A stretch of DNA of 64,000 nt from a virus: the IMG/VR virus record IMGVR_UViG_3300046458_000091, positions 18,802 to 82,801 of that record; one strand, 5' to 3'. The number at the start of each line of letters is the position of its first letter. The first letter of the stretch is position 1. The position numbers and the translations under genes are program-made. The notes below the pieces were generated by a model. The model saw only the letters and a list, made by a program, of their open reading frames with translations. It made no database searches and was not told the origin of the DNA. Of this stretch, positions 1 to 9,772 are shown piece after piece.

Positions 1-526
1 TTTCCTCAGTTGTCACTTTGCCACCATCAGAATCGCCCGCAACGGCTTGATTTACGGGCTTTTTCGCACGTAAAGCCGCGACCGCTTGCAGGTAAAGATT
101 CTTGGAAACCCCACGTTCACCCGACGGAGCGGCGGTGATCTGCGCAAGCTTGGTCTTGCTGCTCTTCACCCACGCCCGATCAAGCTCATACGTCTTGAAT
201 TTGCGCAGCAGACGTATGGCCCGAACCTTGGATGCGCGCAGCTCCCGTTCCGGCAAGGGGTGGTCAAAGAACCCGAACGGCAAGCGCATGTGCATCTCCA
301 GCTTGCGCGCCAGCTTCTCGGTGATCGCATACCGGTCGTTGCATGCCACGCTGATCTGATTCGAAAGCGACAGGGCTTCCTTGTCCGTCATGTCGTGGAA
401 CACATTGAGCCGGACGCCCTCCCCCTTCAGATCCACATACACGTTGAACCGTCGCTGTCGCTCCTGTTGGGCCGCTTTCACGGCGTCCTCATAGGTCTCA
501 GCGCCTTCAAACACTTCTAAATTCAT
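1..526 (-). CDS. Putative phage repressor-like DNA-binding protein (truncated by window edge)
   Basis: Manually read open frame from ATG at 526 running off base 1 (MNLEVFEGAE...); ITEKLARKLEMHMRLPFGFFDHP resembles the C-terminal part of CI-like HTH domains; divergent from ssb; absent from the ORF track. Confidence 0.55.
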   Translation of the reverse strand, partial: MNLEVFEGAETYEDAVKAAQQERQRRFNVYVDLKGEGVRLNVFHDMTDKEALSLSNQISVACNDRYAITEKLARKLEMHMRLPFGFFDHPLPERELRASKVRAIRLLRKFKTYELDRAWVKSSKTKLAQITAAPSGERGVSKNLYLQAVAALRAKKPVNQAVAGDSDGGKVTTEE

Positions 527-678
527 CGTACCAACCGCAAAAACAATGATTACAGGCTGATACTACCCCATCCATACATCAAAGCGATGTTTTGCGCTCT
601 GGAATGCCTTATCGTATGTCCGGCCAGGGTTTCGTGCGGCATATTTTTGTATAGGGATACTTTAGGAGACGGTCATTT

Positions 679-1197
679 ATGGCTCGCGGTGTTAACAAAG
701 TCATCCTGGTTGGAACGGTCGGCCAGGACCCGGAAACGCGGTATTTGCCCAATGGGAACGCGGTCACGAACCTCAGCCTGGCTACCAGCGAGCAGTGGAC
801 CGACAAGCAAACCGGCCAGAAGGTAGAGAAAACCGAATGGCACCGCGTTTCCCTCTTCGGCAAGGTTGCGGAAATCGCCGGGCAGTACTTGAACAAGGGT
901 TCGCAGGTCTACATCGAAGGCAAGCTTCAAACCCGCGAGTGGGAAAAAGACGGCATCAAGCGCTACACCACTGAAATCGTCGTAGACATGCAAGGCACCA
1001 TGCAGCTGCTCGGCGGCCGCCCCCAGGGCCAGGACCAGCAGACACGGCAGCAATCTCACCCGCAGGACCAGCAGGCGCGCCAGGCGCCACGCCAGCAGCA
1101 ACGACCGGCGCAACAGCACCAGCAGAGCCAGCAAGGCGCTCTGCCAGAAGATGACGACATACCTTTCGCGCCGCTGCACCACTTGCAGGGCGCGTAA
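679..1197 (+). CDS. ssb: Single-stranded DNA-binding protein
   Basis: [12 protein letters not shown]...TEWHRV...[17 protein letters not shown]-rich linker, DDDIPF tail. Confidence 0.97.
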   Translation: MARGVNKVILVGTVGQDPETRYLPNGNAVTNLSLATSEQWTDKQTGQKVEKTEWHRVSLFGKVAEIAGQYLNKGSQVYIEGKLQTREWEKDGIKRYTTEIVVDMQGTMQLLGGRPQGQDQQTRQQSHPQDQQARQAPRQQQRPAQQHQQSQQGALPEDDDIPFAPLHHLQGA

Positions 1198-1222
1198 CCC
1201 CCAACCCCAGTAAGGGACGTTC

Positions 1223-2143
1223 ATGTTTTTCAAGAATCTACAGGTTTACCGCTTTACCCAGCAGCTGCCCCTGGACGCCGAAGCGTTGCAGGCGGCGCTG
1301 GCCACTAAACCAGCCCGGGAGCCTGCTACCCAGGAATTCAACACCTACGGCTTTGTCGCCCCCTTCGCCCAGGGCGAGGACGCGCCGCTGGTGCACTTCA
1401 GCCACGGCTACATGCTGATCGCCGCCAGCAAGGCCAGCCGCCAGCTGCCCGGATCGGTCGTCACCCAGCAGGTGAAAAAGAAGATCGATGTCATCGAAAG
1501 GGAGCAGATGCGCAAGGTCTACAAGAAGGAACGCGACCAGCTGAAGGATGAAGTCATTCAGGCGCTGTTGCCCCATGCCTTCGTACGCTACTCCCGCACG
1601 TTTGCCGCGCTCGACCTGGCGGCCGGTCTGATCCTGGTCAACACCGCCAGCGCCGCCGCTGCTGAGGATCTGCTCTCTACGCTGCGTGAAGTCATCGGCA
1701 CGCTGCCGGTACGCCCTGTCACGCTGAAAATATCCCCGGCAGCGTCCATGACTGCCTGGGTCAAGGACCAAAAGCCCCCGGCTGACTTCTTTGCACTCAA
1801 CGACGCCATTCTGCGGGACATCCACGAAGACGGCGGCTTTGTGAACTGCAAGGGCCAGGACCTGACCAGTGATGAAATCCAGCTGCATTTGAGCACCGGC
1901 AAGCAAGTCACTCAGCTGGCGCTGGCCTGGCAGGACAAACTGTCGTTCGTGCTCGATGACACGGGCGGGATCAAGCGCGTGCGCTTTGAGGACATTCTCA
2001 CCGATCAGGCCGAACAGGATGGCGGCGACGACGCGCTGGGCCAGCTGGACGCCAGCTTTGTGCTCATGATGCTCACGCTCAAGGCGTTCTTGGCATCGCT
2101 GTATGACGCCCTCGGCGGCGAGGATGTCCCCCAGGGCATTTGA
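1223..2143 (+). CDS. rdgC: Recombination-associated protein RdgC
   Basis: [12 protein letters not shown]-terminus, [26 protein letters not shown]; 306 aa. Confidence 0.93.
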   Translation: MFFKNLQVYRFTQQLPLDAEALQAALATKPAREPATQEFNTYGFVAPFAQGEDAPLVHFSHGYMLIAASKASRQLPGSVVTQQVKKKIDVIEREQMRKVYKKERDQLKDEVIQALLPHAFVRYSRTFAALDLAAGLILVNTASAAAAEDLLSTLREVIGTLPVRPVTLKISPAASMTAWVKDQKPPADFFALNDAILRDIHEDGGFVNCKGQDLTSDEIQLHLSTGKQVTQLALAWQDKLSFVLDDTGGIKRVRFEDILTDQAEQDGGDDALGQLDASFVLMMLTLKAFLASLYDALGGEDVPQGI

Positions 2144-2278
2144 TCAAACTCCAGACGAAAAAAAGCCGCGTAGCCCCCCAGGGCTTCGCGGCCTCTTCCC
2201 ACTTAAATCGCCAGAGATAAGTGGCCGGGATGATACCCGAATCATCACGCAGGCCATAGTTTTGCAGGGATTAACCAG

Positions 2279-2536
2279 ATGAAAGCAGTCTTCAACGGCA
2301 GCAGTACCAGTACCTCCGGCAAACAGCCCAAGAAACCGACCACCTGGTGGGGAACAGTCACCGCCATTGGCAGCAATGGGGACGCCTCAGAGGTTAAATG
2401 GCGTTCCGACAGGCCGCTCTCTTACCGGGAGGCCATGGAATCGGTAGGACTGGCCATGGATGAGGCAGAAGGAAGTTATGCCGAAACCTACCAGCGGACA
2501 CCAGACCGCGTGACCTTCAGCATCGAATGCCGGTAG
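2279..2536 (+). CDS. Hypothetical protein
   Basis: 85-aa ORF co-directional with neighbours. Confidence 0.6.
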   Translation: MKAVFNGSSTSTSGKQPKKPTTWWGTVTAIGSNGDASEVKWRSDRPLSYREAMESVGLAMDEAEGSYAETYQRTPDRVTFSIECR

Positions 2537-2617
2537 GGGGATCTATGGCCAGACAAATGACAGAAGCCGATTTCCGCCTGCCTAACGTCGCAGGCTGGCG
2601 TCACGCAGCCGCCCTCA

Positions 2618-3124
2618 ATGAGTGAGGCAGCATATTACCGCCCAGTCAGCCTGGAGCCGCTGGATTTCGCGCTGAAGAAGATGATCTTCTCGCCGGACAT
2701 CTGCACGAAGGTGCAAGGCGGCGCCGCCTCCATGGTGATCGTCCCCTTTGACCCTCAGCCGATCCTGGATCATGTGGAGCTGGCCAGCGCCGGGCTACAC
2801 CTGGACGACTCCCCGGGCCTGATGCGTGTCGTGCGCCAGGCGTTCCGCACCGGCCTCATCAGCCGCACCATTGCCCCGATCCAGCTTGGCCACGCCTTTG
2901 AGCTGCTGGAAGAGCTGCCCGCCCAGAAGCTGGCCCGCTTCGGTACTGGACTTGTCCGGCGCCTTGAAATTGCCCGCTTTGATGACCTCAATGAAACCCA
3001 GTGGCAGGCCTGCGGCTACCGAACTAAAGCCGATTTCCACAAGTATTGGACCATATCACTGCCTGCAACTCCGGCTGAAATAAATCCGTGGTGCTGGTTA
3101 ATTCAATTTGATTACAAGGTGTAA
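2618..3124 (+). CDS. Hypothetical phage protein, ASCH/PUA-like C-terminus
   Basis: Ends ...FHKYW...NPWCWLIQF, like the NPWVWVIEF motif of phage ASCH-like proteins. Confidence 0.55.
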   Translation: MSEAAYYRPVSLEPLDFALKKMIFSPDICTKVQGGAASMVIVPFDPQPILDHVELASAGLHLDDSPGLMRVVRQAFRTGLISRTIAPIQLGHAFELLEELPAQKLARFGTGLVRRLEIARFDDLNETQWQACGYRTKADFHKYWTISLPATPAEINPWCWLIQFDYKV

Positions 3125-3130
3125 ATAAAC

Positions 3131-3520
3131 ATGTACTCAATTTCATTAATTACGTTGGCCGTTGGCTTAACGTTCTTTTATCGGGCGATGCATCCGACTG
3201 TATTAATGGCCCGAATCGGGGTCAATTTCGCCAATCCCGGGGACGGCACCACAATCAGAAGCCTGGCCAGGCGCGCAAGACTGGCGCTCGGTCTCGCCAT
3301 TATGGTATTGGCGTGCACTGTCGGTAAGATACTGCCAAATGAGCTGGCTAATGGGCTGGATGTTACCGCGCTGAGACAAATTGACCTGCAAAAAATCAGA
3401 ACCGATAATCGTTTGACGTCAGAAAAACGACACGCGGCGGAAATGATCGAAATTTTCGGCAGCGCGGATGCGTACCTCGCTTACCTAAAAGCCCAATCCG
3501 CGACGAAAATCGGCTTATAA
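3131..3520 (+). CDS. Hypothetical membrane protein
   Basis: Two hydrophobic segments in 129 aa. Confidence 0.55.
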   Translation: MYSISLITLAVGLTFFYRAMHPTVLMARIGVNFANPGDGTTIRSLARRARLALGLAIMVLACTVGKILPNELANGLDVTALRQIDLQKIRTDNRLTSEKRHAAEMIEIFGSADAYLAYLKAQSATKIGL

Positions 3521-3573
3521 TCCTACCGCTCGTCCGAAACCGACGTATTTACAAGAACATTTCCGCCGCCCAG

Positions 3574-3770
3574 CAGACAAACCCTCTACGGTTTGTCTGT
3601 GGGGCTGCGTGTGGGTTTGCGGGCCGTTGAAAGGGCTAAACCCCAGTGTCTACGGGGTCCAAACGGCGAGTGATCGGGGATACCATATCCCCAGCACTTT
3701 CAGGCACTATCCGCGTCCTTTTGGTGTTCTACACCCTGAAATTCAAAACTGTCTAATAGCTGTCTAAAGA
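3574..3770. other. Candidate attP region
   Basis: Non-coding DNA upstream of the integrase with inverted repeats CAGACAAACC-N6-GGTTTGTCTG and GGGGATA-CCA-TATCCCC, and direct repeats TGTGGG x2 and CTGTCTAA x2. Confidence 0.4.
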
Positions 3771-3832
3771 TTCTCCCCGCAATGGATGCCTTACCGCTGT
3801 ACCGCAGAAACTCGCACAAAAGGTAAAACCGC

Positions 3833-5053
3833 ATGCCTCTCACGCAGAAGTTTGTACAAACCCACACCGAACCTGGGCGTTATGCTGATAAAAACGGTTT
3901 GATGCTTTGCATCTCTCCACGCGGGTCCAAATCGTGGATCTGCCGCTATCAGCTCAACAAAGTTCGGCGCGATGCAGGCCTGGGTGTCTACCCAGCGGTC
4001 TCGCTCGCTAACGCGAGAGCCAAGTGTCTTGAGCTGAAATTGAAGCTCGCCAACGGCATTGACCCGCTGGAAGAGAAGCGCCGCAACGTCCGGGCGAACA
4101 TCACGTTCAAAGACGAAGCCATGGCGATGATCGAACGCTATCGCCTGGGCTGGTCCGAAAAGCACACCAGCCAGTGGGAAAACTCCCTGCGGGACCATGT
4201 TTATCCGTTTATTGGCTCGGTGCCGATCGCCGACGTAGACACGGATAAAATCGTTGAGCTGCTCGACCCGATCTGGCGTGAAATGCCGGAGTCAGCCCGC
4301 CGTATCCGCAATCGAATTGAACGTATATTGGACTTTTCGAAAACCTGCGGGCACCGCGAAGGGGAAAACCCGGCGCGCTGGGCTGGCCACCTGCAAAACA
4401 AGATGACCCGGGACAAGCCCGATTCCACGCCCCTGGAGTCGATGCCTTACTCGCGGCTGCCCAATTTCATGGAAAAGATCGAAGGCGAGATATCCCGGGC
4501 CGCGCGCTGCCTGCAATTCGTCATCCTGACAGCCTGCCGCAGTACTGAAGCCATGGGCGCTGAGTGGGATGAAATCGATTTCGAGACGCGCACCTGGGTG
4601 ATTCCGGCTGTCCGCATGAAGGGCCGCGTCGAGCACCACGTACCGCTCAGCGATGCCGCCATGCAGGTCCTCAAGGACGTGCACACCCGTGGCCGCAGCA
4701 AGCTGATTTTCCCAGGCCGTGACCTTGAGAAGATGATGCCCAACAACGCCATGCGCCGGGTACTGATCAAGCACGGGGAAAGCGCTACGCCCCACGGCTT
4801 CCGCTCGACGTTCCGCATGTGGGCTGCTGAGAAAACGAAATTCCCGAATGACCTGTGTGAGATTGCGATTGCTCACGTCGTGGGCACTGCCACATCACGG
4901 GCTTACAACAGGGGGAATATGCTGGAGTTAAGGCGCCCGCTCATGGAACGGTGGGCTAAATATGCCACGTCCCAGAGCATTGCGCCCCGGAGCCTGGACG
5001 ATAGAGTCAGGGCTTCCGCCCCCCGTGAACACGTTATGCACGGACATGCGTAA
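3833..5053 (+). CDS. Tyrosine integrase, P4-like with arm-binding N-terminal domain
   Basis: PGRYAD.NGL.L...GSKSW...GLGVYPAVSLA; catalytic R (TACR), HGFR, H (IAH), Y (RAYNR). Confidence 0.95.
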   Translation: MPLTQKFVQTHTEPGRYADKNGLMLCISPRGSKSWICRYQLNKVRRDAGLGVYPAVSLANARAKCLELKLKLANGIDPLEEKRRNVRANITFKDEAMAMIERYRLGWSEKHTSQWENSLRDHVYPFIGSVPIADVDTDKIVELLDPIWREMPESARRIRNRIERILDFSKTCGHREGENPARWAGHLQNKMTRDKPDSTPLESMPYSRLPNFMEKIEGEISRAARCLQFVILTACRSTEAMGAEWDEIDFETRTWVIPAVRMKGRVEHHVPLSDAAMQVLKDVHTRGRSKLIFPGRDLEKMMPNNAMRRVLIKHGESATPHGFRSTFRMWAAEKTKFPNDLCEIAIAHVVGTATSRAYNRGNMLELRRPLMERWAKYATSQSIAPRSLDDRVRASAPREHVMHGHA

Positions 5054-5106
5054 CGAGCCCACAAGGATGAGGTAAGCACTGGCGACCATTGAGGTCGCCG
5101 GGGCGC

Positions 5107-5577
5107 TTAACTCGTACACCACCCGGCTTTTTTCTCGCCGTGGTAGCTGACAGCGAGCCCTTTGCTGATCAGCACGTCAGAAACGTTCGTATCGCCGACC
5201 CACACCTGGGCCAGGATGCGGAAATACTTGTCGCGGCCCATGTCGCGCAGCTCGATGGGTTCGCCGCTGTCCAGCAAGGCGAGCAACGCAGTTCTGGCCT
5301 TATCGGACAAGGCCTCTTCCTTCTCTTTCGCCAGCGGATCGGCGCAGTGGCTATGCCGCTCCGGGGTATCCATGCCTTCAATGCGCACCCCGATATGCTT
5401 ACCGGCAAAGGCTGGCCACTGCGGGACGTCCAGAAAAACCGTGTCGCCGTCGTAAACCTCGGTGATTGTCGCCCGGTCCACGGGAAAATTCCCGTAGCTG
5501 GGGTCATCCGCCAGGGCGGTGTTTGCCTGCATGGTGGCCAGCAGCGCAAGCGCCAGGCCGATCAAGATTTTGTTCAC
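5107..5577 (-). CDS. Thermonuclease (SNase) family protein with signal peptide
   Basis: VYDGDT, VRIEGMDTPE, RDKYFRILA motifs; hydrophobic N-terminus. Confidence 0.9.
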   Translation of the reverse strand: MNKILIGLALALLATMQANTALADDPSYGNFPVDRATITEVYDGDTVFLDVPQWPAFAGKHIGVRIEGMDTPERHSHCADPLAKEKEEALSDKARTALLALLDSGEPIELRDMGRDKYFRILAQVWVGDTNVSDVLISKGLAVSYHGEKKAGWCTS

Positions 5578-5636
5578 TAAAGCGGTCTCCAGGTTGAACC
5601 CCTCATCGCAAGTAGATAAGGGGTGGTATTAGACCC

Positions 5637-6137
5637 TTAGCCAGCGGCCAGGGTGATGTGGGGGATGTCCGGGATCTTGAACCGTACGCGGTAGTCGGCA
5701 ATCTCCTGGTCAGAGAGCAGGGAGACGTCGAAGTCTGCCCAGGTCACGCCAGCGGCCTGGCATTCGTTCCAGCTGTGCCACCCGCCCAGGTCCAGCCCAG
5801 CGTGCAGGGCGGCCTGTTGTGCCTCATTGGCGCCCATGGTGCCGCACATCTCGGCGAAGAGCTGGTCCAGGGTGTGGCGCTGAACGCCGGTCACCTTGCT
5901 CAACAGGTACTGGGCGTCATGCATGGCCCCAGGGACGCGGTGGTCTACGTTGCCGAAGGCCCATTGCGCCAGGTCGGGGATGCTGGCCAGGTCGGTCAGC
6001 ATGCCCCGGGGGCCTTCCCATACCTTGCCCTTGCTGTCGGTGTAGCGGAACGTGTCCAGCACCGCATAGAGCTTGTTCGATGCCAGGGTGCGGTACGGCC
6101 GCAGCCGTGGGATGACGTCGAAACCGGGCTTAACCAT
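5637..6137 (-). CDS. DUF1353-like protein
   Basis: PRGMLTDLASIP...AMHDAQY...D.LF motif; start taken at MVKPG. Confidence 0.75.
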   Translation of the reverse strand: MVKPGFDVIPRLRPYRTLASNKLYAVLDTFRYTDSKGKVWEGPRGMLTDLASIPDLAQWAFGNVDHRVPGAMHDAQYLLSKVTGVQRHTLDQLFAEMCGTMGANEAQQAALHAGLDLGGWHSWNECQAAGVTWADFDVSLLSDQEIADYRVRFKIPDIPHITLAAG

Positions 6138-6600
6138 AGGTCGGCGCCAGGCGCATTTCACGCAGCGCCGCCTTTACCGTGTCATCCGGTGGCGTCACCG
6201 GCAGCGGGCCTGGCGCGGTGGACGGCGCCGGGGGCAGCGCCTGGATGTCCTCGGCCTGCTGGGTGCTCAATTCGCCGTTGGCCACCGCCGACTTGATTGC
6301 CGCGTCGAGCACCTCGGGCGCCTTCTCCTGGGCAACGCTGGCCAGCACCACCGGCAGCGACTTGTCGGCGTTGACGATGTTGCACAGCCCGGAGTTGTAG
6401 ACCTTGCCCGCCACCACCAGCTGCACCACGGCGCGCTGTTCCGGCGTGAGGGCGCAATAGTTGCTTACCGCATCGCTGGCCACGTTGTAGACGGCGCCGC
6501 CGACCGTGGAGACTGCCGTTTTCACGCCGGAGCAGCCCGCCAGCACGACTACAGAGAGGCCTGCGAGGCACAGGCTGGAGACCATCAGGATACGTTTCAT
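6130..6600 (-). CDS. Lipoprotein in lysis cassette
   Basis: MKRILMVSS...LAGC lipobox; ATG overlaps the endolysin stop. Confidence 0.75.
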   Translation of the reverse strand: MKRILMVSSLCLAGLSVVVLAGCSGVKTAVSTVGGAVYNVASDAVSNYCALTPEQRAVVQLVVAGKVYNSGLCNIVNADKSLPVVLASVAQEKAPEVLDAAIKSAVANGELSTQQAEDIQALPPAPSTAPGPLPVTPPDDTVKAALREMRLAPTYG

Positions 6601-7043
6601 GCCACACCTTTGAAGAAAATGTGATGCCCCAGGCGCAGGGTTTGAGTTGCACCGGCCACCCACGCGGGGGCCTTGGGCATCGTGGTTGCGTAGTAGTGAG
6701 TCGCCCCACTGGTTGGATCGGGGCCAACGTCATTGACGACGGCGGTGGCCACCTGCAAAGCCTTCTTGTACTCACCGGCCGGGATCGGCCGGGCGCCCTT
6801 GAGGTAGGGCGAGTTCGGGTCGTTGGCGTTCCAGCAGCTGAACTGGTACGGCTTCTGGCACACGCCTGCGTAACCCTCGCCCCACCATGAATTACTGCGG
6901 CCGTCGTTGACCCGGTTACGGATCGTCCAGGCCACCGCCTTCATCCCTTCCAGGCTTTCGCCACGGGCCTCGCCCCAGAGCGTGCGGGCCAGCACGTCGA
7001 TATCGGTGGCCGTCGCTTTAGCTTGCTGGGTCGGGGGTGTCAT
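6597..7043 (-). CDS. Endolysin, SleB/Hydrolase_2 cell wall hydrolase
   Basis: LARTLWGEARGE, QFSCWN, DPT.GATHYY, GHHIF. Confidence 0.92.
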   Translation of the reverse strand: MTPPTQQAKATATDIDVLARTLWGEARGESLEGMKAVAWTIRNRVNDGRSNSWWGEGYAGVCQKPYQFSCWNANDPNSPYLKGARPIPAGEYKKALQVATAVVNDVGPDPTSGATHYYATTMPKAPAWVAGATQTLRLGHHIFFKGVA

Positions 7044-7269
7044 CGCCGCTGATCTCCTTGAGAGTCTTGCTGATGTAATGAACTGCCAGGTTGGCGGCCT
7101 TGGCGACCGCTGAAATCATCCCGTACAGCACCGGGTCAAACGGTGGGGTGGCGGCGTAATACGCCATGATCCCCACCAGTGAATCCAGGAACAGACCAAT
7201 GCCAAAGACGATGACGTTGGCCTGTTTGAGCAGCGTCTTACGCCGCGCTTTGGTCTTACTTACGGGCAT
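7018..7269 (-). CDS. Putative holin
   Basis: 83 aa from MPVSK, basic N-terminus and two hydrophobic segments, directly upstream of the endolysin. Confidence 0.6.
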   Translation of the reverse strand: MPVSKTKARRKTLLKQANVIVFGIGLFLDSLVGIMAYYAATPPFDPVLYGMISAVAKAANLAVHYISKTLKEISGDDTPDPAS

Positions 7270-7561
7270 AGGGGCTCCCTTTCTCGTACTGCTCAAGCTT
7301 GATTCGCAGCGTGAGCGTTTCCTGCTTGAGTGCATCCACTTCAGTGCGCAGCAGCGCCAGGGACTGGTCATGCACCCGCACATCGCGCTGAACCAGAGCC
7401 ATGTCGCGATTGAAGTTGTTGATGGAGGTAATGATGCTGTCCAGCTTGTTGATGGCGCTGGAGCCCACGGCCAGGATTGCAGCAACTGCAAGGCCCTGGA
7501 GCACGCTCATTACCCATTTAACAATCGGGGAGTCGGTGAAGCGTTGCGCCTTCTCGGCCAT
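7256..7561 (-). CDS. Putative holin/antiholin-like membrane protein
   Basis: One transmembrane segment then a coiled coil; first gene of the lysis cassette (alternative start 7582). Confidence 0.55.
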   Translation of the reverse strand: MAEKAQRFTDSPIVKWVMSVLQGLAVAAILAVGSSAINKLDSIITSINNFNRDMALVQRDVRVHDQSLALLRTEVDALKQETLTLRIKLEQYEKGSPYARK

Positions 7562-7641
7562 ATCCGTGCCTAACTTGTTCATGGTGGCTTTCCGATATTT
7601 TCAACGGTTTTGCGCTCCCCTCTCGGGCCAGGTTTGCGCGG

Positions 7642-7935
7642 TTATGTGCCCTTCTTGGCGATGATTTGCGCCACGATCCCGACAGACCGAATGATTGCGT
7701 CAAGGCGGTTCAGCTCGGCCTGGACGACCTTGTTTTCGTTCTCGCGATTTTTCTTCCAGTTCGCGAAGGGTTTGCTTTCGAATAACTTCCTGATCGTGCT
7801 TTCGGTCAGTTTTCCGCAGCGGGTCAGGTCCTGGCCGAAGTACAGCGCCAGCTCTGCCCGAACGTCGTTATACGAATCCCATAATTTGACGCGCCCGCTC
7901 GCTGATGCAGGAATGGGCAGGAAATCGGGCGGTTA
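7642..7935 (-). CDS. Start-less ORF, probable frameshift extension of the upstream tail gene
   Basis: Open +1 frame PPDFLPIPASASGRVKLWDSYNDVRAELALYFGQ...AKKGT* fills the gap exactly but lacks an early ATG/GTG/TTG. Confidence 0.55.
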
Positions 7936-8650
7936 CGACCTCTGGCACCTCCTCGCCGGGCGTCTCAGACACCTTGGCGGCCACCAGCCCGTACTGGCTG
8001 GTGACGACGTGCATCAGGTGCGCGGCGGTCATGGTCGCGTCCATGTAGGCGTCAAAGAACGCGCAGAATTTGCGGTCCTTCATCCTGCGAATGGGGGTGA
8101 TGCGCTCCACCAGCGCGGCGGCATACGACGCATCGTCGATGTAAACCAGCGGCTCATCGTCAACGCCGCGCACGCACGCCGCCATGGACGCGCACCACCA
8201 GCTGTAATCGGTGGCCTGGTACACGCCATCGTCTATGAGCGTCTCGATGGCCTCAGCCTGGTAACCCAGCATCGGGCTGAAAATCAGCGATTCCCCCCCG
8301 AACTGGAACGGGATATCGGCGACGTAATCGGTCTGTTCCAGGATGTAATCGGCATAGAACGTCTGCCGGGTGTCGCCCTTTTCATGCAGCGGGAAGTTCG
8401 GACCATCGTCGCGGGTGCCGCTCATGTAGCTGGCCACCACATGCATGCGCTCATTGACCGACCAATGCCGGGGGTCGGCCACGGCGCCTGGCCGGTCAAT
8501 CGGCTTGCAGATGAAGCTCAGCAGCTTGGAGATGGTTCGCTGCTCATGTACCGCTGGGATTTCACACAGCGCCTGAATTTGATCCATCTCCAGCTCTTCC
8601 ATGTTCACGGAGATGCGACGGGTGTTAACCGGGTTGATGTACTTATTCAT
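7868..8650 (-). CDS. Tail morphogenesis protein, candidate tail assembly chaperone
   Basis: 260 aa, last gene of the tube operon, overlapping the +1 ORF. Confidence 0.55.
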   Translation of the reverse strand: MNKYINPVNTRRISVNMEELEMDQIQALCEIPAVHEQRTISKLLSFICKPIDRPGAVADPRHWSVNERMHVVASYMSGTRDDGPNFPLHEKGDTRQTFYADYILEQTDYVADIPFQFGGESLIFSPMLGYQAEAIETLIDDGVYQATDYSWWCASMAACVRGVDDEPLVYIDDASYAAALVERITPIRRMKDRKFCAFFDAYMDATMTAAHLMHVVTSQYGLVAAKVSETPGEEVPEVVTARFPAHSCISERARQIMGFV

Positions 8651-9366
8651 AGGGCGCCAAATGAGTCGTGTTGCGTGAAAGTGAGGTTGAGCGCGGTGAA
8701 TTCGTCAGTGCTTCGCGAGAGGTTGACCTCACACGACACAGGGACCATGACCCAGCTCTTGGAGTAGCCCCGGCTTTCCTCAACGGCGCCGTGGGTGATC
8801 TTGATGGTGTTTACGTAATCGCTCGGGACAGCAAAGGAGCCGTCCTTTGGCGTGGCGACGGCTTGCAGCTCGTCAAACCAGCTCTTGATTTCGCCATCGG
8901 CGTCGTAACAGACGATGCGCAGCTCTACCGGGTCGTTACCGGTAGGCGCCAGCGTGAAACCCGACCCGATCTTGATCGGCTCCCACCCCAGCTGGACGCT
9001 GTTGTAGGTGACCTCGGTGGACAGCAAGTTGACTCGCGGCGCGCTGATCTTGCCCACCGGGTCGATACCGATGTGCCAGAGGTTCGTGCGCTCGCGATTG
9101 ACCGCTGCCGCCTCTTCGTACATCTGAAGAACCGTGCTCCAGGACTGGCCAGCCAAAACGATGTTGCCGCCGCTGCCGCCGTTGAAGGCATTCGTGCGGC
9201 CAAAGATGTTGTCCGCGATCTTGTTTGCAGCGCCGTTCAGGTTGCCGCCCAGCAGATCCCGGGCAGCACTGGTGTACTTGAGTACGCTGCTGTCGATTTT
9301 GCTGGTGATCTTGTTCGTGACCGCATCAGTTGCTTGATAGGCCAGGCGTTCGAAGATGTTGCCCAT
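8647..9366 (-). CDS. Tail tube-like/baseplate protein
   Basis: Translationally coupled in the tail operon; tube-like C-terminus (EIKSWF...LNLTFTQ). Confidence 0.5.
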   Translation of the reverse strand: MGNIFERLAYQATDAVTNKITSKIDSSVLKYTSAARDLLGGNLNGAANKIADNIFGRTNAFNGGSGGNIVLAGQSWSTVLQMYEEAAAVNRERTNLWHIGIDPVGKISAPRVNLLSTEVTYNSVQLGWEPIKIGSGFTLAPTGNDPVELRIVCYDADGEIKSWFDELQAVATPKDGSFAVPSDYVNTIKITHGAVEESRGYSKSWVMVPVSCEVNLSRSTDEFTALNLTFTQHDSFGAL

Positions 9367-9770
9367 CAGATCGACCTCACCTCAAAGCTGAACGTCAGCG
9401 AGGGGAGGCGCAACTCATAGTCGGAGATGGCCACCGCCACCTCAGCGACAGCGCGGCCCCACGGATCTGCGCCTTGACTGCGCGAGACCTCGTAAGCGGT
9501 GCTGTTTTCCTTCTCCATGTACATCACCCACAGGGGCTCAATAATGGCCAGTTCGCTGGGGCTCAAGTCGAAGTCTTGCGCCCCCAAGGCGGTCGGAGTC
9601 GCGTCGATATCGGTATGCACGCCATCGGTTGACTGGGCGCTGGCCAGCTGGGCATACCCGCAGTACTTGCGCACTGCGGCCCGCAGGCTGCGGGTTATCT
9701 GCTCTTCTTCCAGCGCGCAGCCAATCGGCAGCACAGCGATGAACTGTTCTACTAATTGGCTGATTTTCAT
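9366..9770 (-). CDS. Virion morphogenesis protein
   Basis: Start at MKISQL, 2 nt after the upstream stop; the longer ORF call overlaps the upstream gene. Confidence 0.6.
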   Translation of the reverse strand: MKISQLVEQFIAVLPIGCALEEEQITRSLRAAVRKYCGYAQLASAQSTDGVHTDIDATPTALGAQDFDLSPSELAIIEPLWVMYMEKENSTAYEVSRSQGADPWGRAVAEVAVAISDYELRLPSLTFSFEVRSI

Positions 9771-9772
9771 GG

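Noticed and set aside
1150-1197. SSB extension after DDDIPF
   Set aside because: Such short extensions are common in phage SSBs; no evidence of novelty
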